55,994 nt of DNA, from the NCBI GenBank assembly GCA_032718475.1, contig JAUCBJ010000610.1:1-55994 (forward strand), in the 5' to 3' direction. Below the pieces are notes generated by a model. It did not search any database. It saw only the letters and a list, made by a program, of their open reading frames with translations, and was not told where the DNA came from. This stretch comes from Nemertoderma westbladi. Taxonomy: Eukaryota > Animalia > Xenacoelomorpha. The position numbers and the translations under genes are program-made. Every line of letters starts with the position of its first letter. The stretch's first letter is position 1. Below are positions 37,301 through 46,499 of this stretch, in pieces.

Positions 37301-40300
37301 CCGAAATTGAAACAATACCTCTATAATGGAGTTGTAAAAATTGGGTCCCTCCATTAATTCTGAATTGAGACTCATTCCTTTATATTGTGCCGCCGCGTTA
37401 TTTACCACCCTCAACTTACCAGGTTTGTTGGCGTTCCAGACGGGATGTGTTGGCACATAGTACTTACGTGGACCATCAGGTAACAATTTTTCAGCTTCTG
37501 TAAGTCGTCGGGCATACCCTTTCGCTTCATATTCATCAAATGTGGCTTGATATTTTTTATGATCAGCCGGGATTTTAAGTAATTTACGCTTGATCCATCT
37601 CAGCCTAGTCAAAGCTAATTGTTTATTATTTATTAGGGGTTTATCTTTGTTTAACCACAACATTCCTACGTAGTAATGACCGTCTATGAACTTTGTTGTC
37701 TCTCTTAGAATTTTCTCAGATTGTATGTCTTGTACAGATTTGTTTTGCAGTCGTGTAGGACAATAATATGCTTCAGAATCCCAAAATTTCATCAGTAAGT
37801 CATGGGTAACTTCATCTGATGGGCTATTATCATTCCACAAAGGACAACATTCTAGATGATTTACTGATACTTGAGCTTTACAATATTTTAAGTCATCGGG
37901 ATTTTCGTCAGTAACGTCATCAGTTATGTCATCATATACATCATTCAAACGCCATCTGCAAGGTTGTTGTACACATTCCATCTGCTCAACAAAGTCATAA
38001 TTTTCACTTCTTTCAGCCTTACACGTATGGACCTCCAAATCTGCGTGACTGGCGTCATGGTTACTGCTGACATCACTTGTTACTTGTACTGACGGCAAAC
38101 GCCGTCCATCACATAATGGGCCTACCAAAGTCCAACCAAATGGCGTTTTAATTGCGTGGGGGTTATTAATCTCATCATGGGAAGTGGGTCCCCATACGGA
38201 TTTTAGAACTTTGTGAGCCTGGGGGTTATTCATTCCAATTATCATTGAAATACTATCAATATCTACAGTAGGATAAGTAATGTTTACATTCTTAAGGTAA
38301 GTCAGCTGGTCTAATGACCACCTACTAGGTCTAACGTAATTTACGTGAAGATTAGGTATTAACATTACGTCTCTTAGGGATAATGTGAAGTGACAGTCCT
38401 TTTGAATAGATCTAACAACACAAGCACCCTGTTCCACTGTCTTGCCTTCACGTGTTAGTATGGTGTTAAGTGATACATCTACAGGTTCTGTATCCATGTC
38501 TAGTAGCTCACCTACAGTCTTGTCTATTAGCGTCCCTGTGGAACCATCATCTAACAAAGCAAACGTAGTTATTAGGCGTCCCGTTTCAGTATTCTCAACT
38601 GAGAGTGGTACTACACCAAGGAATACAGCCTTTATGTCTAACCCCTTTGGATTCAAATCATGATTTAATGCCATTGTAGCTACGCTTTTGTACGCCCTAT
38701 GATCTGTATTAGAGAACTGACTAAACTTCATAGATGTAGTGTTAGCCGCACTATCACGTTGTATAGCATAATAGTTTCTGAAAAGGTTGTCTGTCTCTTC
38801 CTCTGTCTTACATGGTTCAGGATGCAAAACCCTAGCGTGTCGTTTTCCACATCCACTTGCTGTGCAACGATATTTAGATCTGCACTTTTTCCGCCAATGC
38901 CCTTTCCGGAGACATAATGTACATAACTTATGTTCAGCCACGAAATCATAACACGCGCGGCTACCAATATCCTGTAGTTGAGTGCACTGAGCAGTAAAGT
39001 GAATTTTTTGGCAAAATAGACATGGCGACATTTCTGCCGCTGTTGTATTTACATTAATGTCTGTGTCGTCGACTAAGTAACCATAGTCACCTACAAGTGG
39101 GTTGTCTTGGGTAAATGGTTCGTCGTTATTTGTCTCCATTCCATTCCATTCGTCGGTCACATGGAAACTTGACATTGTACTAGTCACCTCAGCTTCCGTG
39201 GGCATTCTAGAAGGTTTTTGTATGTCTAATACTTCCCGGCCAGGTGAAAAACCTTTAAATTTATCTCCCATTTTGCGCCTTAAAATGTCACCCGCTGCCT
39301 GAGGACCATATAACGGACATGTAGCTACATTTGCTTCCTCGTCTAGGAAAACCATCAACTCATCCATTCCGGGGTCACGGCCACACCTAATCCTAAATTT
39401 ATTTACCTGCCTAGCCCAACGTATTCGTAATGGATTTGCTAAATTTGCCGCTATATTCTGAATAAATTCAGGATTATTTAAATAGTAATGACATTGTAGG
39501 GTCTGTAAAATATCCATTGTGCGTCTTACATCGTGAGAGTACTTAAGTAGTTCTTTAGGGGAAGCTACGGGATATCTACATCGAGTGACGTCGGCAACAA
39601 CTGCTTTCATTACCAATGCTGGTTGTCCATATCGTCTTTCTAATGTGTTCCATGCCATAGCATACCCGTCAGTCATGCCTTCAAAGTGTTCGATTAAATC
39701 TAAAGGTTCTCCTCTAACATATGTTATTAGATATCGAAGTTTTACCTCATCTGGAACCTGCTTAGCATCAACCTGCGTACGAAACCTGTTTTTAAATCCT
39801 AAAAATTTCTTTGGGTCTCCGGTAAAAGGTGTTGGATCTAACTTTGGGGCCTCTAATGAAAGAGCTAATTTTTCGAACAAGGCATGCTGTTGGTTTGCTG
39901 TAGTATGGTTACATTTTTGTAGCGGTCGTCGACATTTGGTAGACTTCGATGAACTATTTTTTACGTTGCTATGACTACACTTAAAGTCCTCACTACTATT
40001 GTCAGAAGAATTATCATCGTCATCTGTATGTCTAACATGGTCTGGGTCAGGGTCACCATAAGGTATGGAATGTCTGTACGGGGCTAAATCAACATCTGGG
40101 CCAGAGTTTCCTATGCATTCCGGGTTGTCTGTGACTATACCTCCATATGCATCCTGCGGTACACATGTATTCTCAGTAGTATGTCGCCTGGAGTTAGATT
40201 TTCTGGACTTACCCCGATTAGGCTGATCTACTGATTGTGGGTGCTTACTTATTGAGCCGACAGTACGCAATTGTGCATAAAATGCTTCGCCTCGCGGTCC

Positions 40301-42565
40301 TGGTGGCACTTTAAATTGTTCAGGGGGTCGTGATGGAGTAGTAGGTTGAATTTCAAACTGTGTGTATGGTCTGTCGTGAAGTCTATACGCACTGGCCACA
40401 CAAGGCCTATTGTATGTCGCTCCGCTGTCTTTAGGGATTGATACATTATGTTTCTTATTAACAGGTAATTGTTGGGTACTGCGCTGTGGTGACGTCATTG
40501 AATCATCAATTCGTGGCGTCATTGTGCTTCCGGGTTTAGGATGGCCGTGAGGTGGATGAGAAACACTTGTAAATTGTTTATGTTCGAGCGGCTGCTGGGT
40601 TGCCATCATGGGTGTCATCATATACTGAGCTAATTTGTTAATAGATTGCGTCACATGTGATACAACCTCCTCAAGTTGCTGATGAGTCACAAGGCGGTTC
40701 TCTGGAATAGTAGACAAATTACACTTTTGTGAGTCTGTTCTGTATATCCCTTTTCCTTTACGGAAAATTTTTGTCTTTTGTGAGTCCGCAATACGTGGTG
40801 GAAGTTGTCTAACACCTTCATCTGCCGAATTCTCTGACAGCTCATCATCATTATCTTCCTCTGTATCAGTTCTAATCATATGAGGCACTGAGTTAAAGGT
40901 TAACTTATTACGTATTAGTGATGATTCTGTATGTGTGGTGTGAGGTGTTGTAATTGTTGTCATTGTCGAAGTCGGGGGTACTACAACTTCTACTGGGTCT
41001 GCTACTTCTACAGGGTCTGCTACATCTGTGATTTCTGTGATAGCTGTAACAGGTCCATTGGCGAATGGTCTGGGGGCATCACTCCAGAATATGGATTCAG
41101 TAGGAGTGGATTGCATAGAAGGTAAAGCCAGGGACGCTATATCCACAACAGTGTCAGTCTCGATGGCTTGCTCTACTTGCTGCCTATATTCTTCTAACTG
41201 GCGCTGGTGTCGAGCATGTTGGAGATCCTTTTGGTCTTCAAAATGTCTTATACGCTGGAAAATATCGTTTTTCTTTTGCATTTCTTTAATCCTATCACGT
41301 TCAGCTTGCTCTACCTGCAATGACTTACGATGAGCTTCATCCAACTGCCTCTTAGCTGCCTGTGAGGCTTCTTCCATCTGTCGCCTTGCTGCTTCCTCTT
41401 GAAGTTTCGCAGCTTCCTTAGCCTCTTCTACCTGCCTCTTAGCTGCTTCCATTTGTAGTTTCGCAGCTTCCTTAGCCTCTTCTACCTGCCTCTTAGCTGC
41501 TTCCATTTGTAGTTTCGCAGCTTCCTTAGCCTCTTCTACCTGCCTCTTGGCTGCTTCCATTCGAGCACTAGCTTGCGCAGTTGCAAGTCTATTCTCGACC
41601 AGAACCCGTTCCCGTTCAATCTGTTGAGCCATCATCATGTCCTCCTCGTCATGTCGCTTAGATAGAACAGAGAGGTTAGCCTCGGCTATGCGTCTCATTC
41701 GAGATGACACTGTGGATCCAGTGTCAGATGCCCCCGACCCTGCTATAGAACACCTACCTACACTATTGGGCCTAATTGGTAAATTTAGTGTAGGTCTGTC
41801 TACGTCTGGGCTGGTTACAATTGGCGTAAGTGTGCGATTCACGTGCTGACTAGAATCTGTTGCAAACGGAATAGGGTAACTATCCCAGGCTAAAGAAGCA
41901 ATGGGTGTACTTACGGCTGAGGTTGTTTGGGTACTTACTCGGGATGTAATTGGTTCCAACTTAGAGCTTACCCATTCTGAAAATATGGTATATCTATCCT
42001 TACACTGTACATACCTTTTCTGAGCTCGTTGATATTCATCGACAGAGCCACCCTGGGTCTCAAAATACTGAGACTGATGGCGGTATTGATCTACAATCTG
42101 AATCCACCTGCTGGCAAGCCTATCGACTTTTCGCCTCATATCTACAGTACACTGACCTTGTTGAGTTGTCATAGCGACCGATTCCAGCTCCGATATACCA
42201 GCCTCCATATTGTGGTATAGTTGGCCCAGTCCACGATTGATAGTCTGGATGTCGACCTTCCTTGCTGGGACGTCGTCAGATTGGCGTTGGCGGTATGATT
42301 TCCTTCGTGCGCCGCCGGTATTCGCACCAGGGTCGGCATTCTCTCGGCGTAGTGAGCGCTGTGACGAGTGTCTCTGACTCAAAGCGACCCTTGAGCCAGA
42401 GTTCTCGCTTCCGTGAGAAAGTTGGTTGTTGTCTAAGGTTATGGTGGTTAACAGTGGTGGTGGTGGTTCAATATCAGCTGTAGTCACTATCGTCGTGGTG
42501 ATGTCGACGTTGGTTGTCTCCTCTCTAGCAACCACTGAACCAGGGGGGCTATGAATAGTGGACAT
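34301..42565 (-). CDS. gag-pol: BEL/Pao-2 Gag-Pol polyprotein, 2754 aa, intact
   Basis: FTGDP..F; knuckles CLFCQKIH and CTLCLRKGH....C...C...C...H...LH; PR LLDDGS; RT YVDD; RH HFCDAS/PRLEL/NPADIASRG; IN H...GH..C..C, GVDLFGP, SDQG, WERL. Confidence 0.97.
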   Translation of the reverse strand: MSTIHSPPGSVVAREETTNVDITTTIVTTADIEPPPPLLTTITLDNNQLSHGSENSGSRVALSQRHSSQRSLRRENADPGANTGGARRKSYRQRQSDDVPARKVDIQTINRGLGQLYHNMEAGISELESVAMTTQQGQCTVDMRRKVDRLASRWIQIVDQYRHQSQYFETQGGSVDEYQRAQKRYVQCKDRYTIFSEWVSSKLEPITSRVSTQTTSAVSTPIASLAWDSYPIPFATDSSQHVNRTLTPIVTSPDVDRPTLNLPIRPNSVGRCSIAGSGASDTGSTVSSRMRRIAEANLSVLSKRHDEEDMMMAQQIERERVLVENRLATAQASARMEAAKRQVEEAKEAAKLQMEAAKRQVEEAKEAAKLQMEAAKRQVEEAKEAAKLQEEAARRQMEEASQAAKRQLDEAHRKSLQVEQAERDRIKEMQKKNDIFQRIRHFEDQKDLQHARHQRQLEEYRQQVEQAIETDTVVDIASLALPSMQSTPTESIFWSDAPRPFANGPVTAITEITDVADPVEVADPVEVVVPPTSTMTTITTPHTTHTESSLIRNKLTFNSVPHMIRTDTEEDNDDELSENSADEGVRQLPPRIADSQKTKIFRKGKGIYRTDSQKCNLSTIPENRLVTHQQLEEVVSHVTQSINKLAQYMMTPMMATQQPLEHKQFTSVSHPPHGHPKPGSTMTPRIDDSMTSPQRSTQQLPVNKKHNVSIPKDSGATYNRPCVASAYRLHDRPYTQFEIQPTTPSRPPEQFKVPPGPRGEAFYAQLRTVGSISKHPQSVDQPNRGKSRKSNSRRHTTENTCVPQDAYGGIVTDNPECIGNSGPDVDLAPYRHSIPYGDPDPDHVRHTDDDDNSSDNSSEDFKCSHSNVKNSSSKSTKCRRPLQKCNHTTANQQHALFEKLALSLEAPKLDPTPFTGDPKKFLGFKNRFRTQVDAKQVPDEVKLRYLITYVRGEPLDLIEHFEGMTDGYAMAWNTLERRYGQPALVMKAVVADVTRCRYPVASPKELLKYSHDVRRTMDILQTLQCHYYLNNPEFIQNIAANLANPLRIRWARQVNKFRIRCGRDPGMDELMVFLDEEANVATCPLYGPQAAGDILRRKMGDKFKGFSPGREVLDIQKPSRMPTEAEVTSTMSSFHVTDEWNGMETNNDEPFTQDNPLVGDYGYLVDDTDINVNTTAAEMSPCLFCQKIHFTAQCTQLQDIGSRACYDFVAEHKLCTLCLRKGHWRKKCRSKYRCTASGCGKRHARVLHPEPCKTEEETDNLFRNYYAIQRDSAANTTSMKFSQFSNTDHRAYKSVATMALNHDLNPKGLDIKAVFLGVVPLSVENTETGRLITTFALLDDGSTGTLIDKTVGELLDMDTEPVDVSLNTILTREGKTVEQGACVVRSIQKDCHFTLSLRDVMLIPNLHVNYVRPSRWSLDQLTYLKNVNITYPTVDIDSISMIIGMNNPQAHKVLKSVWGPTSHDEINNPHAIKTPFGWTLVGPLCDGRRLPSVQVTSDVSSNHDASHADLEVHTCKAERSENYDFVEQMECVQQPCRWRLNDVYDDITDDVTDENPDDLKYCKAQVSVNHLECCPLWNDNSPSDEVTHDLLMKFWDSEAYYCPTRLQNKSVQDIQSEKILRETTKFIDGHYYVGMLWLNKDKPLINNKQLALTRLRWIKRKLLKIPADHKKYQATFDEYEAKGYARRLTEAEKLLPDGPRKYYVPTHPVWNANKPGKLRVVNNAAAQYKGMSLNSELMEGPNFYNSIIEVLFQFRQHRVVFACDIEQMFHQVRTYDCDSESQNIIWWEGDVEPNNPADYIIYQMLVHMFGKKDSPCAATYALRQSAEDHKDKFPPNVIEAINKHFYVDDGMSGAESVTEAVRLALGLIECLRLGGFTLTKFMSSSKEFLKYIPQSKRVEAELDLNFDELPVSRALGIVWCPERDCFLFKPSRKSHALTKRGCLVCVASIYDPLGLVAPIILQGKQFLQKLWGLKLNWDDVLEQSLASEWLQWYNQLHQLENLQIPRHYFANTISTDTDVLQLHHFCDASLTGYGCLSYIRKVSPSGHITCSMVYAKTRTAPLKKVSIPRLELQSAVLLVRSHRQFAASITLQIHSNNVICWSDSTSVLCQIANESRRFETYEANRIEEIRRYTAPSQWRHIPGTKNPADIASRGAEPLDFITKYQDCWYGGPQFLRQPESRWDSSLTQTNPMKDAEIPPEAGLRKDKPAKHSKSKVVATIDVQPFSTLSKLLTRFSSFQLLTRVVMRFLIKFHHNRQKLNRQRGEIVTNIDNDDLHTRCLAQAKLKIIQLIQQAEFSGVIDAIRNSKPKSIPRSIAILNPIIADDGLLRMGSRMGLIQTYSYEITHPIILPTKHHLTTVIIRDIHYSCGHLGIDYTIAKVRRLYWVNALRKVVKAIIHNCIFCRKRFAQPGKQMMAPIPMVRTIGYIPVFTNVGVDLFGPLYVIRGRGSDKRYGVLLTCMSSRAVVLDLSMDYSADSLICVLRRFICNHAGVENIYSDQGSHFGGSETELAELMAEAKDIGIPDEIVGKISWYFQTPTASHHGGVWERLIRTTKHTLLALMEKRRVQHRLVSEEVLRTTLAEVQYLINDRSLSPLNDDVTSNEILTPNHLLLRRSTVLPNSNRLLHELYDGNELNYKTMWRKAQFLANQYWTIWRRTYLENLMTRQKWLRPHRNFAVGDLVMLTDSNSKRFNWKVARISEVLPSADGLVRTVHVRTATAIKCPRTKKWKILISILCRPIQKICLLEMALDEAKV
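41399..41560 (-). repeat. 3 x 54-bp coding repeat (MEAAKRQVEEAKEAAKLQ) in the BEL/Pao-2 Gag coiled coil
   Basis: Visible in both DNA and translation. Confidence 0.92.
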
Positions 42566-43419
42566 TATTTGTTAGCGATTATAAATATTTCGCAGGTCTG
42601 CCAAAATTAATTAATTTAATTAAATTTTTCAGATTTTTACACGGATTTTTTTTTTTTTTAAGTATTTATTTGTATAAACTTAAGTTACCCTCTTGACTGG
42701 CAATCTGAAAAAATAACTTTATATTTAATTAAATGTAATAAATTTGTTAGTGATACGCCACAAATGCATATCACTTATGTTATCAATAGGGGGATTAGAG
42801 ACAATATTTAGATAATAAATTATCTGGCTAGCTAAACCTGAATGTTGCCTAGACTTAGCTATACAATGTGTGTAATATTATATAGAAACGAAAATATAGC
42901 ATTACAGTAGCTTTAAAACTAATCTATTGTTGTCGGTGGTGCCTCCTACAATAGAAAAAGAGTCAGAATATAAATTATATACCTAACTTTCAAAAAGAAA
43001 ATTAAGATCATAAAAAGTTGCAAATTATACTTTACGGGATTCAGACCTGACCCCGGTCCTAAAAGGGGCCTGGTTTACTAGTAAACACGTAGTAAATCAG
43101 GATAATCGTAGCGGTACCTTCTTACCCTCCGGCGATCGCGTGGAATGTAATATCCTCTTGCAGACCAATCTGGCCCAAAAGGAGTCCTAGCCCAATCAGA
43201 TCTCCGGTCCCCGAGACCGGTTCGTAGTGATTTGGGACCACCGAACAAGGAAGGAGAAGGTAGGACTAAACGCTTGAGAGGCTAGGAAAATGAAGCAAAA
43301 ATACAGCCTACAGTACCGATTGCACCACAATCAATAGCATAAGGTGATACTTAGCCAGTTTCCTTTTCGTCTCAGTTTGTAGATGACTTTCGAAACAGAA
43401 CGAGTTTGAGGAAGAGTTA

Positions 43420-43691
43420 AGCGTTGAGAAACAGCGTTGAGAAACAGCTTTGAGAAACAGCGTTGAGAAACAGCGTTGAGAAACAGCGATGAGAAACAGC
43501 GATGAGAAACAGCGTTGAGAAACAGCGTTGAGAAACAGCGTTGAGAAACAGCGTTGAGAAACAGCGTTGAGAAACAGCGTTGAGAAACAGCGTTGAGAAA
43601 CAGCGTTGAGAAACAGCGTTGAGAAACAGCGATGAGAAACAGCGTTGAGAAACAGCGATGAGAAACAGCGTTGAGAAACAGCGCTGAGAAA
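43420..43691. repeat. 13-bp minisatellite (GAGAAACAGCGTT, ~21 copies) in the BEL/Pao-2 5' leader
   Basis: Read directly; variant unit ends are GTT, GAT, TTT and GCT. Confidence 0.97.
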
Positions 43692-43713
43692 ATTGAACAC
43701 TTATCCGCATTCA

Positions 43714-43725
43714 ACTATTTCTTAC
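43714..43725 (-). promoter_or_regulatory. Non-tRNA primer-binding site of BEL/Pao-2 (complementary to LTR 43934-43945)
   Basis: Sense GTAAGAAATAGT abuts the LTR; sense ACTATTTCTTAC lies at 43945-43934. Confidence 0.72.
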
Positions 43726-44313
43726 TATACACAATTCCGGGTGTAATCCGGGCTCCTTTACTAAGTGTTGCGGGAAGTGTCAACTTACGCAGGAGATTAG
43801 TTCGTTAGTGGATACATTGTCTTTATACGCAGTTTCAGTTAGTACCAATAAAACAAGAGTTAATAATGCTTAGAACAATAAAAGTGTATATTTTAATGTT
43901 ACAGTAGTTGCAATATTGATAGATAACAAACTGGTAAGAAATAGTAGCCACTTTGAGGAGTGGTACTTGCCTGGGAACTAAATAATATACCGTTAGTCCT
44001 AAAATCATCTACAACAATTATGTTATATAAACTCAGCTTTAAATACTGGTAAACCAATAATGAATCCAATTTAAGCATTTAACCAATCACAGGGCGAGGA
44101 ATCGCACTGTGCAAATAGAACCAACAACAGTAAGCTGACATTGTAGTTAACTGTTCATTATGAAGCCTAACACAGATAAAACTGTAGCCATGGTTACCGT
44201 TTACCGTTCAGTGTATAAGTAAAGGGCCATTAAGGTGGTTCTTAAATTCAATGCGCCGCAAATTTCCTTATTATGAATAGAAATTGATAATTCAACAACC
44301 GGATTCGTGTACA
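43726..44313 (-). repeat. 5' LTR of BEL/Pao-2 (sense TGTACAC...GTGTATA)
   Basis: Matches the split 3' LTR; imperfect 15-bp terminal inverted repeat. Confidence 0.96.
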
Positions 44314-44321
44314 ATTCCCAT

Positions 44322-44906
44322 TCGACTACTATTCTAACTCGACTACTATTCTAACTCGACTACTATTCTAACTCGACTACTATTCTAACTCGACTACTAT
44401 TCTAACTCGACTACTATTCTAACTCGACTACTATTCTAACTCGACTACTATTCTAACTCGACTACTATTCTAACTCGACTACTATTCTAACTCGACTACT
44501 ATTCTAACTCGACTACTATTCTAACTCGACTACTATTCTAACTCGACTACTATTCTAACTCGACTACTATTCTAACTCGACTACTATTCTAACTCGACTA
44601 CTATTCTAACTCGACTACTATTCTAACTCGACTACTATTCTAACTCGACTACTATTCTAACTCGACTACTATTCTAACTCGACTACTATTCTAACTCGAC
44701 TACTATTCTAACTCGACTACTATTCTAATTCGACTACTATTCTAACACGACTACTATTCTAACTCGACTACTATTCTAACTCGACTACTATTCTAACTCG
44801 ACTACTATTCTAACTCGACTACTATTCTAACTCGACTACTATTCTAACTCGACTACTATTCTAACTCGACTACTATTCTAACTCGACTACTATTTCCACT
44901 CTCGAC
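44322..44906. repeat. 17-bp minisatellite (CTACTATTCTAACTCGA, ~34 copies)
   Basis: Near-perfect array with a few variant units around 44730-44750 and at the ends. Confidence 0.97.
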
Positions 44907-44935
44907 TGTTTGTTGAGATTCCTCTTCAATGATAC

Positions 44936-46185
44936 TACTACTAGGATCGGCATGCTGCATTGCAGCTGCATTTTTAAGAATGCTGTGCCGGCTTGTCAAC
45001 AAAATTGCACCGCCACAACTCCCTATCACCCATGACATTTGCTAGATCATCCGCATCTTTAATGCCAGTGTCCTTTAAGATGCGTCTCAAGAACGTCATG
45101 GGCTGTCCACCATGCTTATTCACTCCATGAGGCTGCCAAAGTACAAGATTATGCACTGGCTGGTCCTCACGGCGAAAGCAATGTCCTGCAAAGCGGAGGC
45201 GATTTTGTTCTAGTGTCAAGCTTGGGGGAACCAATGAGACACCTCCAATGTTATATAGTGTCTGGTTGGAGATGTGTGCATTGTACTTGACACAATGAAC
45301 CCGGCGTAGCATTCTTGTGAATGTGCCATCCAGAGATTTGGTGTCCTCAGCAGTTAGAGCCCAGCATGGACTCCCGTAGAGGAGTACTGGAACTACTGCT
45401 GCTCTAAATAATCGGACCTTAAGTTTCCGATTAATTATCGGTGACTTCCAAATCCTGGAAAGCCTATTCAAGGCTGCCCATGGCTTTCCCTTACGTATTC
45501 GAAGGTCCTCACCTGACTTCCGGATCCATGATCCCAGGTAACAGAAGTCGTCCACATGCTCAAGCATACCATCCTTTGAGCTTATGCTCATCCGATCAGA
45601 GACTTGCTGAGGACTTTCAAAGTTAACTGTCAGAATTTTGGTCTTTCTGGAGTTAATAAAAAGACCAACACTAGAAGCAGCATGTTCTAATGAGCTGAGG
45701 AGCCGTTGGGCTCCCTCTAATGATTCTGAGAGTACTCCTAAGTCATCAGCAAAGTCTAGATCAGTTAGGTACTTCTGGAGCCAGTAGGTGGAGTTATCAT
45801 CACCCCATCATCATTATGATGATCTAAGGACATGCGTAGAACATAGTCAACCACAATAATGAACAAGAATGGTGCAAGTGTGTCTCCTTGGAGGACGCCC
45901 CATAACACTTCAAATGGTTCTGTGTCACCGTCAACAGTAGACACAAATGTTGTCGAACCATCGTATACTGATCTGATTGCTGCAATAATTTCATCAGGAA
46001 TCCCATATAATGAAAGTATGCTGAACATACGTGAGCGAGAGACTGAATCAAAGGCCTTGAAGAAGTCAACAAAGATAACAGCCAGATGCCTGTCTTTCTT
46101 TTTTGATAATTCTTTAATTATCCTTCTAAGTGCCAAAATGGGCTCCATGGTCCCACGACCTTTACGGAACCCATTCTGATTTCCA
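44936..46185 (-). mobile_element. 5'-truncated RTE-clade LINE with (TAG)n tail and TSD
   Basis: Motifs QNGFRKGR, FVDFFKAFDSV, GVLQGDTLAP, DLDFADD, FCYLGSWI and RLRFAGHC.R; TSD CTTCAATGATAC at 44924-44935 and 46186-46197; frameshift at ~45780. Confidence 0.92.
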
Positions 46186-46499
46186 CTTCAATGATACAAC
46201 ATGCCTTAGAGATGAGAATAATCTCGAAAACATCATGGAACATAACAATAAGATATAACAATATAGTTGCTTTTGTTGATAAACCATTTTGTTTTTAATT
46301 AATATATTAGCTAACAATATACCAATATAATTTAATTATTTTATTAGGAAAAGTACTAAAATCAGTTTACATGAAATTGGCACAGTATTAACTATTAAAG
46401 TATTGCATAATTTTTATGTTTAGAATGTAATAGTAACTATTGAGCGGCTATGCTGTGGCCAGGCACCCCCGCACCATCCCCGAAACCAAGTCCACACCA

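Larger units (their letters stand above)
26410..44313 (-). mobile_element. Full-length BEL/Pao LTR retrotransposon 2 (~11.9 kb without the nested Gypsy)
   Basis: 588-bp LTRs (43726-44313; 26410-26548 + 32571-33019); TSD ATTCC (26405-26409 and 44314-44318); PPT AAAAAATTAGGGGAC on the minus strand next to 33019; single intact ORF. Confidence 0.97.

Noticed and set aside
11089-42483. Many short antisense or alternate-frame ORFs inside the gag-pol genes
   Set aside because: Expected shadows of long coding frames, with no independent evidence.
43308-43714. Three overlapping ORFs with repeated FLNAVSQRCFSTL
   Set aside because: Artefact of the stop-free 13-bp minisatellite.
44322-44906. CRISPR-like appearance of the 17-bp, 13-bp and 146-bp arrays
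   Set aside because: Units are contiguous with no unique spacers, there are no cas genes, and the context is eukaryotic.
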